64,000 bases of DNA from IMG/VR virus record IMGVR_UViG_3300050821_004765, positions 10,239 through 74,238 of that record; one strand, written 5' to 3'. Below are positions 56,301 through 64,000 of the stretch, in pieces; within the stretch, counting starts at the first letter, position 1, and the number at the start of each line of letters is the position of its first letter. Below the pieces are notes generated by a model. The model was not told the DNA's origin. It worked only from the letters and a program-made list of their open reading frames with translations, and searched no databases. The translations under genes and the position numbers were made by a program. Origin of the DNA: a virus.

Positions 56301-56915
56301 AACTGTCACTTTGGTATTATGGATGTAGCGCTTGGTACGCAGTCTTGGTTCATGACGGTTACATCATTGGCTTCTGGTGCATCACTGGTGAATACTGCAG
56401 TTTCCCCGCCAACGTATGCTCCAGGCAAATTGCTAGTGTACCGTGAAGCATGGGATTCATCGGCCTGGGCTATCCTTAACTTCTGTTCTAGTTTTATTCC
56501 TGGAACGATTGGTCAACAACCGCTCATGTATTCTAGGAACCTTACTCCATCCAATAGCGCTGCTGAGTTCGGCCCAATTTACGGGCAAGGTGCTGCACTA
56601 GGCACAACAGAAACTGCATCTGGTATACAAACTATGATGCCGGCTTGTACCATAGAAGATCTCTATGCTGTGCTAACTAGCGCGCCCGGTGGCACTGCAC
56701 AGTTTGCATTCGGGGTTCGGCAGAATGCTACAACTACCAATGTACTTTGCAGTATATCTGGCTCGGCCACTACCGGTAACTCTGGTGGGTTAACTGCAAG
56801 TATCAATGAAGGTGATCTTGTTGACTTCCTTGTTAACCCGACAGGTTCGCCGACCGCAAGTGCCTTGGCACTATCCTGTGTCCAGGTGATTCCGCAGAAT
56901 ACCGTAGGAGTATAG
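53367..56915 (+). CDS. tail fibre/spike with clan GH-A glycoside hydrolase domain and Gly/Thr repeats
   Basis: FEFWNEQN (acid/base), FDAVATHVY, MWITELGY (nucleophile); many xAxxTGxG repeats. Confidence 0.8.
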   Translation: MPYSFGINVSDAWVQTQPQLYTQNNAFEKLEQLNLGMWRMVIPYGLVCTNLQPGPYEGTSSSGDVITATITGSGYVGTSTSPPNTNGSLNVQAVAYGSGVVTSFAPGMRGRDWSLVDAAVNNIRLNVGCDILFMIGQDRPSYWTAAQFTEFCQEIAFRYGPNGPGIRTDGIYSSLAGWGVNKFEFWNEQNAMFFWTNVVSVTNYVSYLQAGYTGIKSILPGNESVCVFGGMQHVQFVGSWIGYGWDTVDEVTFFEECMAGGAGGYFDAVATHVYPITDTAYHGNVIEGMQLPAVCTSGNLVCNALATGHGVLNINKDGTQIIEAQITGSGQLEPYQPAGPVPNIFMDNFRQVQGIYAVMQEYGYGSTPMWITELGYCIYQAGMNELLQQAYTQQCFNILNTLPYVTEVFLYNAMDANNAHIYDGYTGYGLLDYQGNPRNIYYWLQTLLQYFDMGSLQVQAQITGTGTIASGGAPVINAAATGTGQLVVSGAIITAVATGTGVVNPAGNAAPVINANITGTGAVGIYGSSNPATAGGVIVNAQASGAGVVNVGNDGTQIVTATATGYGVLGSGAPNATVVTATIVGSGMLLLLGYEIGVVGDVAQGALTANATIIGAGYVTEGNSGALTATATITGTGHVGLYTGGVSTITATGSDQGSSTVGKVGAGSLSATSTATDSGSSVVGKVGAGSLTVTSTALGDGPQAYTDMGSFTATATITGGGIVGAVGSGSLTAVASVTQTEVANASDSGSLTVTATITGGGVVGLVGHGSLTVTATPANTYQGPMRCFWQGSGSTFSNGYFAAVHASYNIESWGNQAVATQTPLSDTCVITGIKVWCTNAPGGSTSWTVAINKNGTTQTATNTVISGSATSATWNGALSCSQGDLVKLVVNSSGSPASSGNTFWIIEYFTPYNATYGGNYFMLPHNAAGANTNYTQYMPIQGSASAPNATASVVQGLVPMSMTHVSMALVANASIGSANCHFGIMDVALGTQSWFMTVTSLASGASLVNTAVSPPTYAPGKLLVYREAWDSSAWAILNFCSSFIPGTIGQQPLMYSRNLTPSNSAAEFGPIYGQGAALGTTETASGIQTMMPACTIEDLYAVLTSAPGGTAQFAFGVRQNATTTNVLCSISGSATTGNSGGLTASINEGDLVDFLVNPTGSPTASALALSCVQVIPQNTVGV

Positions 56916-56916
56916 C

Positions 56917-57045
56917 ATGCCAGGCCCCACAGAAATAATGAAGTTAGTCGCGACTGGGAAAGGTGAAGTTCGCGACGCAAACGGTCGGCTCCTTGCCGAT
57001 GATGAAGGCAATCGTTACAACTATGAAAACAGTGAGGAAGGTTAA
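56917..57045 (+). CDS. 42-aa hypothetical protein (not in ORF track)
   Basis: AGGAG SD; MPGPTEIMKLVATGKGEVRDANGRLL.... Confidence 0.55.
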   Translation: MPGPTEIMKLVATGKGEVRDANGRLLADDEGNRYNYENSEEG

Positions 57046-57047
57046 TA

Positions 57048-57446
57048 ATGGCTGATGGATTGAGTGCAGTCAACTGCGCCAACAAGTGGCTTAACATTCT
57101 AGCGAGCGGTACGGCATTCCCGTCACCGCCGGCAGCGCTTTACATGAAGTTGCATACAGCTGGGCCCGGTTCTGCCGGTACAACTAGCGCTGCTGCTGGT
57201 AGCACTACCCGGCCCACGTCGGGGTATGGTACGCCATCCGGTGGTTCTATGTCGCAGACAGGTACGGCACCATCGTGGACGAATGGCGGTACCTCGGAAA
57301 CCCTCACTGATATTTCAGTGTGGGATAACGCGACAGCTGGTAACTTCATCTTTAGCTTCCAGCTTACCGCTTCGCAGTCTTGGGTCAATACCAACACGTT
57401 TACGATGACGTCGTACTCGTTGGCGTTGACCCCCATCGCTGCGTGA
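57048..57446 (+). CDS. minor tail protein
   Basis: YMKLHTAGPGSAGT...SVWDNATAGNF motif of actinophage tail-tip proteins. Confidence 0.7.
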   Translation: MADGLSAVNCANKWLNILASGTAFPSPPAALYMKLHTAGPGSAGTTSAAAGSTTRPTSGYGTPSGGSMSQTGTAPSWTNGGTSETLTDISVWDNATAGNFIFSFQLTASQSWVNTNTFTMTSYSLALTPIAA

Positions 57447-57886
57447 TGTTGCAGCTCGGTACGCGGGTTGGGATGCAGGAGCAGGTGGACATTTGCGTCC
57501 ACCCTCCGCATCCTCACCCGCTCGACCCTTACACGGGCAAGATCATTACCCGGCGCGAAGGCACCTCTGTCGAAATAGTGCAAGCTGACCAATATGTAAT
57601 ACTAGCTTGCGAATTCCTTTGGGACATAGTTGCAAACTATGGGGTATTCAAACAGTGGGTTGATTTTGCCCCGCCCGTGAAGAAGTTGGATATTAAATCC
57701 AATTTCAATATGGGGCCAGGTTTTCATATCATGATGTTGCCGAATATCCCAACCAATCGCAATGAGCGGCAAGCGCTTTGCCAACATTGGTATTTAATCT
57801 TCAAGGTTGGTAGCAGACGCATTCGTTATCAGATTGGTGCTTATCGTCCAAGTATTAACGCCATGGAAGCAAGCTTGGCACCGTAG
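57446..57886 (+). CDS. hypothetical protein
   Basis: TGATG overlap with the upstream gene. Confidence 0.55.
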   Translation: MLQLGTRVGMQEQVDICVHPPHPHPLDPYTGKIITRREGTSVEIVQADQYVILACEFLWDIVANYGVFKQWVDFAPPVKKLDIKSNFNMGPGFHIMMLPNIPTNRNERQALCQHWYLIFKVGSRRIRYQIGAYRPSINAMEASLAP

Positions 57887-57904
57887 TCTAAGGTAGAATT
57901 GATC

Positions 57905-58567
57905 ATGACTTTGTGGGGCCCTGATACCAGCAACAATAACTTCAGCTATCCCAGCCAAGCCCAGCAACTTGTCGAGAGTTTGCCTGGCCAAGGTTACTCC
58001 TGGATTGAACATAAGGTCAGCCAGGGTAGCGATTTCCAAGATGCTTTTTGGCCTACGATCAAATCTACTGCGGCCAACATGCACTTTCCTTGCATCGGTT
58101 ACCACTACGTAGACCTCAGCAATCCTGCATCCCAAGCCCAGAACTTTGTGAATAACCAGGGCGGCGTCAATGCTATGCTGGATCAAGAAGATGAGTCTGG
58201 TGACATCGGTAACCTCTGGGCGGTGATTAATGCATTTAATAATCTTGGCGTTAATATACCGCTGGTCTATTTGCCAGAATGGTATTGGGGGCAGATCGGC
58301 TCCCCTGACCTCTCGGCATTTGCCAGCAACGGGATTGCGCTAATCAGCTCGGGCTACCCGATCAGCGGTGAGGACTATGCCTCTACGCTTTATACAGAGG
58401 GCAATGGCGATAACGGTGAAGGCTGGAATAGCTACGGCGGGGCAACCCCTAGCATTTGGCAATTCACCGATGACGCAAATCTAGATAATGGTTTTGTTGG
58501 TGACGTCAATGCATTTAAGGGTAACGGCTGTCAGCTACGTTCTGTATTAACTACTGGGAGCTACTAA
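57905..58567 (+). CDS. lysin A, GH25 muramidase
   Basis: GPDTSNNN, KVSQG, GYHY, MLDQE, IWQFTD, DVNAF motifs. Confidence 0.85.
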   Translation: MTLWGPDTSNNNFSYPSQAQQLVESLPGQGYSWIEHKVSQGSDFQDAFWPTIKSTAANMHFPCIGYHYVDLSNPASQAQNFVNNQGGVNAMLDQEDESGDIGNLWAVINAFNNLGVNIPLVYLPEWYWGQIGSPDLSAFASNGIALISSGYPISGEDYASTLYTEGNGDNGEGWNSYGGATPSIWQFTDDANLDNGFVGDVNAFKGNGCQLRSVLTTGSY

Positions 58568-59445
58568 TGCCGCAGCACATTGTACTGACTGTATCGGGTA
58601 CCGGTACAAATATGTTTGATACCACACCGCCCCAGCCTGCGTTAGTTGGGCAACAACTTGCGGAGAATGAACCAGACATCTTCTTTTGGCAACCTGTTGG
58701 TGATTACCCAGCCGCTACCATTCCCATGGACCCCTCGGTAGTTATGGGTGTGCAATCACTGATCTACCTTACCACCGGTGAGATCTACCCCGGCTTCAAC
58801 ATTACGCCAGGGCCGTTCTATCGTTACAATTCTTTGGTCCTTGATGGGTATTCACAGGGCGCAATGGTAGTGTGCCAGTTTATCCAGTGGTGCTGGAAAT
58901 ATAACCGCATGGATATCCTGTCACGGATCGTCGCTGTTGTTGTCGAGGGCAACCCACAACGTCTTGCGGGCTTTGCGTCTGGCAATGAGTTCGCTGGCTG
59001 GCCGATGCCACCCGACAAGAACGGCGGTCCTAGCGGCGGTATCGCACAAGCCGTTAACCCAAATGGCGCTTGTAACATGACGCTGGCACAGATGCAATGC
59101 CAATTGCCAAATGCCGCTGAAGTTACACACTTCTGGGGTGACTTTGCCAACACTAACAACCCAGACCAGGGTGCTACAGAACTATATGCAATCGCACCGC
59201 AAAATGGGGTCGGTTCAATTGAGCAGACAGTATTCAATGCAGTACAGAACTTGGATGGACCATCTATTCTCGGCGTTATGGGGGACTTGATGCACCCCAT
59301 TGAAGATATCCAAGCAATCGTTAATGGCTTCCAATTCCTGGCTGCCGGTGCAAATGCAGACCATTACTCATATGATATCACACCGATGTACAATTTTATT
59401 TCGTTGGCAGGACACCAAACCATGCCATTCCTCGTTGCGGCCTAG
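58567..59445 (+). CDS. lysin B (cutinase-like esterase)
   Basis: TVSGTG, WQPVGDYPA, GYSQGA, GNPQR motifs and a late His. Confidence 0.88.
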   Translation: MPQHIVLTVSGTGTNMFDTTPPQPALVGQQLAENEPDIFFWQPVGDYPAATIPMDPSVVMGVQSLIYLTTGEIYPGFNITPGPFYRYNSLVLDGYSQGAMVVCQFIQWCWKYNRMDILSRIVAVVVEGNPQRLAGFASGNEFAGWPMPPDKNGGPSGGIAQAVNPNGACNMTLAQMQCQLPNAAEVTHFWGDFANTNNPDQGATELYAIAPQNGVGSIEQTVFNAVQNLDGPSILGVMGDLMHPIEDIQAIVNGFQFLAAGANADHYSYDITPMYNFISLAGHQTMPFLVAA

Positions 59446-59453
59446 GAGAAACA

Positions 59454-59693
59454 GTGAACTTGAATCTTAGCACCATTAAGAATGATGTCATTACTGCCTG
59501 TGGTTTTATCTTGGTTATCGCCACAGATACCATGCAAGCAGCTAGCGTGCTACACCTTACAGCCAGTCAAGTTACAACCATCAACGTCCTTATCGGTGTA
59601 GTCACTGTTGTACTTAGCAAGCTAAATCCGAACCCCCCAACCGCTGCACAAGAAGCCAAGATCGTTGCAAAGTACCGCAGTCAGAATGGCTAG
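59454..59693 (+). CDS. holin
   Basis: Two TM segments; AGGAG SD; follows the lysins. Confidence 0.65.
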   Translation: MNLNLSTIKNDVITACGFILVIATDTMQAASVLHLTASQVTTINVLIGVVTVVLSKLNPNPPTAAQEAKIVAKYRSQNG

Positions 59694-59696
59694 CGT

Positions 59697-60137
59697 ATGC
59701 CGCAACATGAGGACTTCAGTGACATAACAAGTGATGATGCCAGGTGGGTAATCATCACCTCTTATTGGTGGCACTCCACTTGGATTCTGTTCTTATCACT
59801 CTGGTTTATTCTGACCCCGCCAGATCGCTTCGGTGGTGCACCATGGCAATACTTAATGATTGTGCCACATGGGGATAACCTATTCGGGGTGTTCTTCCTT
59901 GGCTTGTTCTTCTACTTAGCATATACATTAGTTACTAAACGAACAAGGATGTTCGGGCGCGCAGTCTTCCTGTCAGGCTTCATCTGCGGTCTGCTGGCGG
60001 GGTTACTTCTGGTTGGCGGAATTTATGGAAATCGAAGTGGGTTAGGGGCTCCATGTCTGATCTACATATTCGCGCAGTCTTTGATACTAAGCGTACCCTT
60101 AACCAAGCAACAGAATGGCCAATCTGGGGGTTCATAG
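59697..60137 (+). CDS. 4-TM membrane protein
   Basis: Hydrophobic segments; lysis cassette. Confidence 0.7.
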   Translation: MPQHEDFSDITSDDARWVIITSYWWHSTWILFLSLWFILTPPDRFGGAPWQYLMIVPHGDNLFGVFFLGLFFYLAYTLVTKRTRMFGRAVFLSGFICGLLAGLLLVGGIYGNRSGLGAPCLIYIFAQSLILSVPLTKQQNGQSGGS

Positions 60138-60664
60138 TGATCGGGCGTTTGGCAAAAGTTGTCAAGCAAAGTCGGTCTGCGTTTATCCAGGGACGAATCA
60201 GATTTTTCCAAGTCATAGATTCAGAATCTATTGTCCCATTCCAAATAATGTATTATTGTATATTTGCGATCGCCGGAATCTATCTGCTTTTATTTGCCTT
60301 TGATATACCCCAGAACATTGAACCAGTAATGGGAGAACTATACTATAAAGCATGGTGTTGCTTAAATATTGTTTGCCCGTTAATTTCGCTGCTTGGTAGG
60401 CGGTATTATAAGAGCGCGGCCTTCAAGAGCCAAGGTGAGCCAAATGCCGCTTACGCCGGTGCTTGGATGCAGTTGACAGGAGACTTTGGCACATGGTCGG
60501 TTGTGAACTTATACGTCCTCTGTTTTTTACAAACCACATACTGGGGCGAATCAGTATATGGCATATTCTTCTGCTTCATGGGGGTGTTGGGCGGCTGCAT
60601 GCTTACGCTACGGTCGTGGCGTCGGATCTTTCAAATCCGCCAAATCAAGTCCAACCTCCTGTGA
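60137..60664 (+). CDS. 4-TM membrane protein
   Basis: Hydrophobic segments; coupled to neighbours. Confidence 0.7.
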   Translation: MIGRLAKVVKQSRSAFIQGRIRFFQVIDSESIVPFQIMYYCIFAIAGIYLLLFAFDIPQNIEPVMGELYYKAWCCLNIVCPLISLLGRRYYKSAAFKSQGEPNAAYAGAWMQLTGDFGTWSVVNLYVLCFLQTTYWGESVYGIFFCFMGVLGGCMLTLRSWRRIFQIRQIKSNLL

Positions 60665-61107
60665 CCAATAACTTTATATTAACGATAATTGTTTCGTTAG
60701 TCTCCAGTGGAACTCTTTGGGGCGGTTTACAGTTTTGGCTTGGGCGCAAGAATGCTGCCGCTGAAGCTGCGCGCACTAAAGCCGCTGAAGAATTTGACAC
60801 TGAAAATGCGAAGAAGCTACGGCGCGATAATGACGCTGCCGTTGAAGAAGCCAAGCGTAAGATGCAAATTGATATCTTCAACGCTAATGATAAACGATAC
60901 AAAGAACTTGCAACAGATTACCATAAGCAGGGTGAGAAGCTTGATGGCCTACAAAATATCGCAGAGGCATTGCTAGGTTCATTTGATACCCTACTCTATG
61001 GTGCTGTCATTGATGAGTCATCCGGGACGATGGTAATTAAGGTCACCCAACAGGATATACTTGACTTGCGTTTGAATATGCGTAAGGCCAGATTGCTGCT
61101 ATACTAA
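60661..61107 (+). CDS. membrane-anchored coiled-coil protein
   Basis: N-terminal TM ILTIIVSLVSSGTLWGGL, then coiled coil; GTGA overlap. Confidence 0.7.
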   Translation: MTNNFILTIIVSLVSSGTLWGGLQFWLGRKNAAAEAARTKAAEEFDTENAKKLRRDNDAAVEEAKRKMQIDIFNANDKRYKELATDYHKQGEKLDGLQNIAEALLGSFDTLLYGAVIDESSGTMVIKVTQQDILDLRLNMRKARLLLY

Positions 61108-61117
61108 GGAATATACC

Positions 61118-61588
61118 ATGGCACCTGTGCGACACCCGCTTATCGATCTTGTCATGAATGACGAGACGTCGCGATATGTTGGGCACCTGGAAAGAAAGAT
61201 TCTACAGTTCACGCTTGACGATATGAAAATGCGTGCATTACTGGAACTTCTTACCGGTGATATGTGGGACAATAATGATTTCCATAAGCAATCCGATACA
61301 GAGATCCAACAGCTTGCAGTTGATACCTTGAAGCGTCGGCTAAATATGTCAGAAGCTGATGCCCGTAGGTTGGTGGCGGATCGCTGGAATCGCTTGAACC
61401 CACCAACCGAATCCCCAGAGGTGGCGACCTATCTATTCGGCCCTAAGCCAAATGTTATGCCACACAATGTAACTGTTAGCAGGCCACTGGCTGTTGCAAA
61501 CTCTGCTCCGCCATATGATGTGAAGAAGCACCTGGCGGGGTTGCAGCAGGCTGCTGAGAATCGGGCGAAGAACCGAGAAGGGCTTTGA
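61118..61588 (+). CDS. hypothetical protein
   Basis: AAGGA SD; last rightward gene. Confidence 0.7.
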   Translation: MAPVRHPLIDLVMNDETSRYVGHLERKILQFTLDDMKMRALLELLTGDMWDNNDFHKQSDTEIQQLAVDTLKRRLNMSEADARRLVADRWNRLNPPTESPEVATYLFGPKPNVMPHNVTVSRPLAVANSAPPYDVKKHLAGLQQAAENRAKNREGL

Positions 61589-61790
61589 TCCTGTCAGGTC
61601 TGAAGCCTACCCACGTATCGTCGTCAGTCTTCACAACCGGTACGCCTACGAATCCGGCCTCAATAAGGGTGTTGTAGGCGTCGGCATCGACGCTCACGTC
61701 GACCTCGACGTAGGGAATTCCTAGCTTCTTCAACACATTTTTCGTTGAGTTACACTGTACACACTCTGGCTTAGAATATACTGTTACCAT
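61476..61790 (-). CDS. nrdH: NrdH-like glutaredoxin
   Basis: MVTVYSKPECVQC...VPVV...WVGFRPDRIKAL. Confidence 0.9.
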   Translation of the reverse strand: MVTVYSKPECVQCNSTKNVLKKLGIPYVEVDVSVDADAYNTLIEAGFVGVPVVKTDDDTWVGFRPDRIKALLGSSPDSQQPAATPPGASSHHMAEQSLQQPVAC

Positions 61791-64000
61791 TATGTTCCTT
61801 TTATGCGGATGCCGATATAGCATCGTCTTACTTCACCATCTACCTTGCGCGGTTCCGGTCGCCCGCACCCCAGTTCCCTGGTGAGCTCTATCATGCTTAC
61901 TGGTGATTCACCGATTGATGCACACCAGCGCACGTAAATTTCATAGACTTTAACTGAAGATGGCGTCCACTCAGCAGGCCAATCGGAAGGATTGGGCGCT
62001 TGTCGATTCTTGTTGAGCGCCTTCTCCAGAGCCAAGTTCTCGGCCCGCATACCGTCTTCGCAATCTCGAGCCCGTTCCAGACATTGTGCAATAAATGTCT
62101 GTGGGGCAGAAAACCCGCTGACTACATCGTGGTGTAACATACGGATCGCGTGCGGCCACATATTGCGGCCCACACCTTCTTCACAGTAAAGTCGCCAACC
62201 CTCGATCAACCAGGATAGTACAGATATGCCACAATGCTTTTCAATTTGATCTTGGCGATCATAACGCCGCTTATCTCTAGGAATAATCGTTGCGAATGGT
62301 AATGCAAGAATACGTTCACGTAGTGCCTCATCCGCACCAACAATATTCGGCGGATTATTACAAGCGATAAGCGTAGTGAATTGCGGTCGACCTTCAAAGG
62401 TTTTGTCAGTGAACTTTACTTCTGTAATGAACTTGTCATTACCCGTAATTCTTTTGATGGTAGCAGAGTCAAGGGTGCCAGCGTCAATCTCACTAAGGGT
62501 AACAACTCGACGTGGAATCGAGTTCATCATTTGTGGATTAAACCTACCGGTATGGAATAGATTTATATCAACAGGGGAGCAGTAGTCGCCAAGAGCCGAG
62601 CTAATTGCTCCGAGCATCGTTGACTTGCCAGTGTCATGTGGCCCATAGAGGAAAATAAGCAACTTTTCTGGGTTAGCCCCAATAAGCAAGTGACCCATAA
62701 TCTTGTGGATAAAATGTCGAAGTTCAACGTCTGGGAGGAATGTGTTGAGATATTCATTCCAAAGGTGGTAGCCGTTGAGATTTTGGTTATCTCCAGTGGC
62801 CAAATTTCGCCAAGGGACGTAGGGGATATTTGTATTGTATGTAACATAATCTTCTCGGCGGGGGATCCGCAATTCAGGGTCACCAGTTAACTCGATGATG
62901 CCATTGGCACAGCCGAGTAGCGTTGGGTTGCTATCAAATTCTTTGCCGTCAAGAGTGACTTGGGTGTCATCATCCACCCACTCTTTCTTTGCAGCTTCAA
63001 GGCAAGTCTTAACACGAGAAACTTCGCCACAAGCTTTAGCCCAAGTATTCCAGCTAGTTGCTTTTTTCTTCAGAACACCATCATCTGGATTCTTCGCTGC
63101 TTCAAATGAACACATTCTAGCAAAGCGTTCATTGGCAATTTTAACGCGCTTTACTGCAAGTCTTGCTAGCGTATGGTCGAGGTCCGCATACCATCTTGAA
63201 CTACCAAGGCGTCCATCGTCTGGCAGCCAGATTGCCCAATATCTGTTCGATATGAACTTAACGTTGTCCCCATACAAATCAACGAAGTGCTCGGCATTAC
63301 CATCATCGTTCTGGGAATACTCATCCGGTGATTTACTTTTGATAATTTGTAGGCGACCAATAATAGGCCCAAGACCATCGAAATCACTATCAGCAATACG
63401 CCGACCTTTGTCGCAACCTGTACAACTGGTGTCACCGCAGGGACACGTCTCATTATAGCCCCAGTTACTAAGTCTATCATCGTACTCACCATTATCAACT
63501 GCTGCCCTAATATCGCAAGGGTCATCAACTAACATTTCCCAAGTTGGTTGAATTTGGCTGATTGCCCCAACAACGCTATTCCGAATTTCCGTCCCGGGAT
63601 CCATTGGAGTATCCCGCTTGCGACGCTGGCTCTTTTTCCAGATTGGGTTCAACTTATTTACTGCAGTGAACCAACCACGATGCCCCTCGGCACCCATACG
63701 GATAAGTCGCCAGTGCGCATTTGTGAGGCGGGGATGGGACTCAGGTGCTTCTTCAATTTCATCGATGAAACGCTGCAATTCCTCGGCCATATGCTTGCAC
63801 ATATCACCTTTGGAATCTCTGAACGTTTCCCCCGCCCAGCGTACAAGTTCCTCCGCTGTCATGTCTGAAACCGGGTCGTCGGTTTCGGGGACGCCGCCAG
63901 CAGACAGATAATTAAACCATGGCTCTGGTAAAACTTGAACCATGGAAAGTGTGGGATATTCCATTGGCTCGAATTCGGCATCGCGCCATTCATATCTAGC
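61790..64000 (-). CDS. DNA primase/SF3 (D5-like) helicase (partial, runs off right end)
   Basis: NDDGNAEHF, LLGCANG, YGPHDTGKST, IKRITGND, CNNPP motifs; the frame stays open upstream of 63964 to the window end. Confidence 0.9.
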   Translation of the reverse strand, partial: ARYEWRDAEFEPMEYPTLSMVQVLPEPWFNYLSAGGVPETDDPVSDMTAEELVRWAGETFRDSKGDMCKHMAEELQRFIDEIEEAPESHPRLTNAHWRLIRMGAEGHRGWFTAVNKLNPIWKKSQRRKRDTPMDPGTEIRNSVVGAISQIQPTWEMLVDDPCDIRAAVDNGEYDDRLSNWGYNETCPCGDTSCTGCDKGRRIADSDFDGLGPIIGRLQIIKSKSPDEYSQNDDGNAEHFVDLYGDNVKFISNRYWAIWLPDDGRLGSSRWYADLDHTLARLAVKRVKIANERFARMCSFEAAKNPDDGVLKKKATSWNTWAKACGEVSRVKTCLEAAKKEWVDDDTQVTLDGKEFDSNPTLLGCANGIIELTGDPELRIPRREDYVTYNTNIPYVPWRNLATGDNQNLNGYHLWNEYLNTFLPDVELRHFIHKIMGHLLIGANPEKLLIFLYGPHDTGKSTMLGAISSALGDYCSPVDINLFHTGRFNPQMMNSIPRRVVTLSEIDAGTLDSATIKRITGNDKFITEVKFTDKTFEGRPQFTTLIACNNPPNIVGADEALRERILALPFATIIPRDKRRYDRQDQIEKHCGISVLSWLIEGWRLYCEEGVGRNMWPHAIRMLHHDVVSGFSAPQTFIAQCLERARDCEDGMRAENLALEKALNKNRQAPNPSDWPAEWTPSSVKVYEIYVRWCASIGESPVSMIELTRELGCGRPEPRKVDGEVRRCYIGIRIKGT

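Noticed and set aside
1-64000. tRNA genes, integrase/attP, repressor, introns/inteins
   Set aside because: None recognised by eye; terminase, helicase and primase look uninterrupted. tRNAscan/Aragorn were not run, and part of the genome lies outside the window.

Overview
Most of a tailed dsDNA actinobacteriophage genome (siphovirus-like). The host is probably Mycobacterium or a relative, given lysin B, a PE-PPE protein and a DUF732-like protein. GC looks near 50% by eye. No integrase, repressor, tRNA or CRISPR array was seen. Layout: (1) 1-21169, leftward replication and accessory genes (FAD oxidoreductase, SSB, Sak4/AAA ATPase, Cas4-like exonuclease, TylF-like methyltransferase, SNF2 helicase, many small ORFs); (2) about 21170-21880, a non-coding, repeat-rich origin-like region; (3) about 21888-23400, a leftward small-gene operon; (4) 23492-61588, rightward virion and lysis genes; (5) 61476-64000, leftward NrdH and primase/SF3 helicase. 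The strongest unexplained signal is strand-specific loss of the dinucleotide TG. I count 6 TG in about 1.5 kb of the + strand across the small-gene operon, plus about 150-bp TG-free patches scattered through the genome, and promoters that use TAGACT in place of TTGACA. This suggests a TG-context DNA hypermodification with programmed unmodified windows (inference). A second candidate system is in the head module: scaffold and major capsid share an N-terminal LFxFWGG-DG motif, lie next to a papain-like and a JAB protease, and are preceded by an array of very basic Gly-rich small proteins. All counts are manual and no database searches were run.
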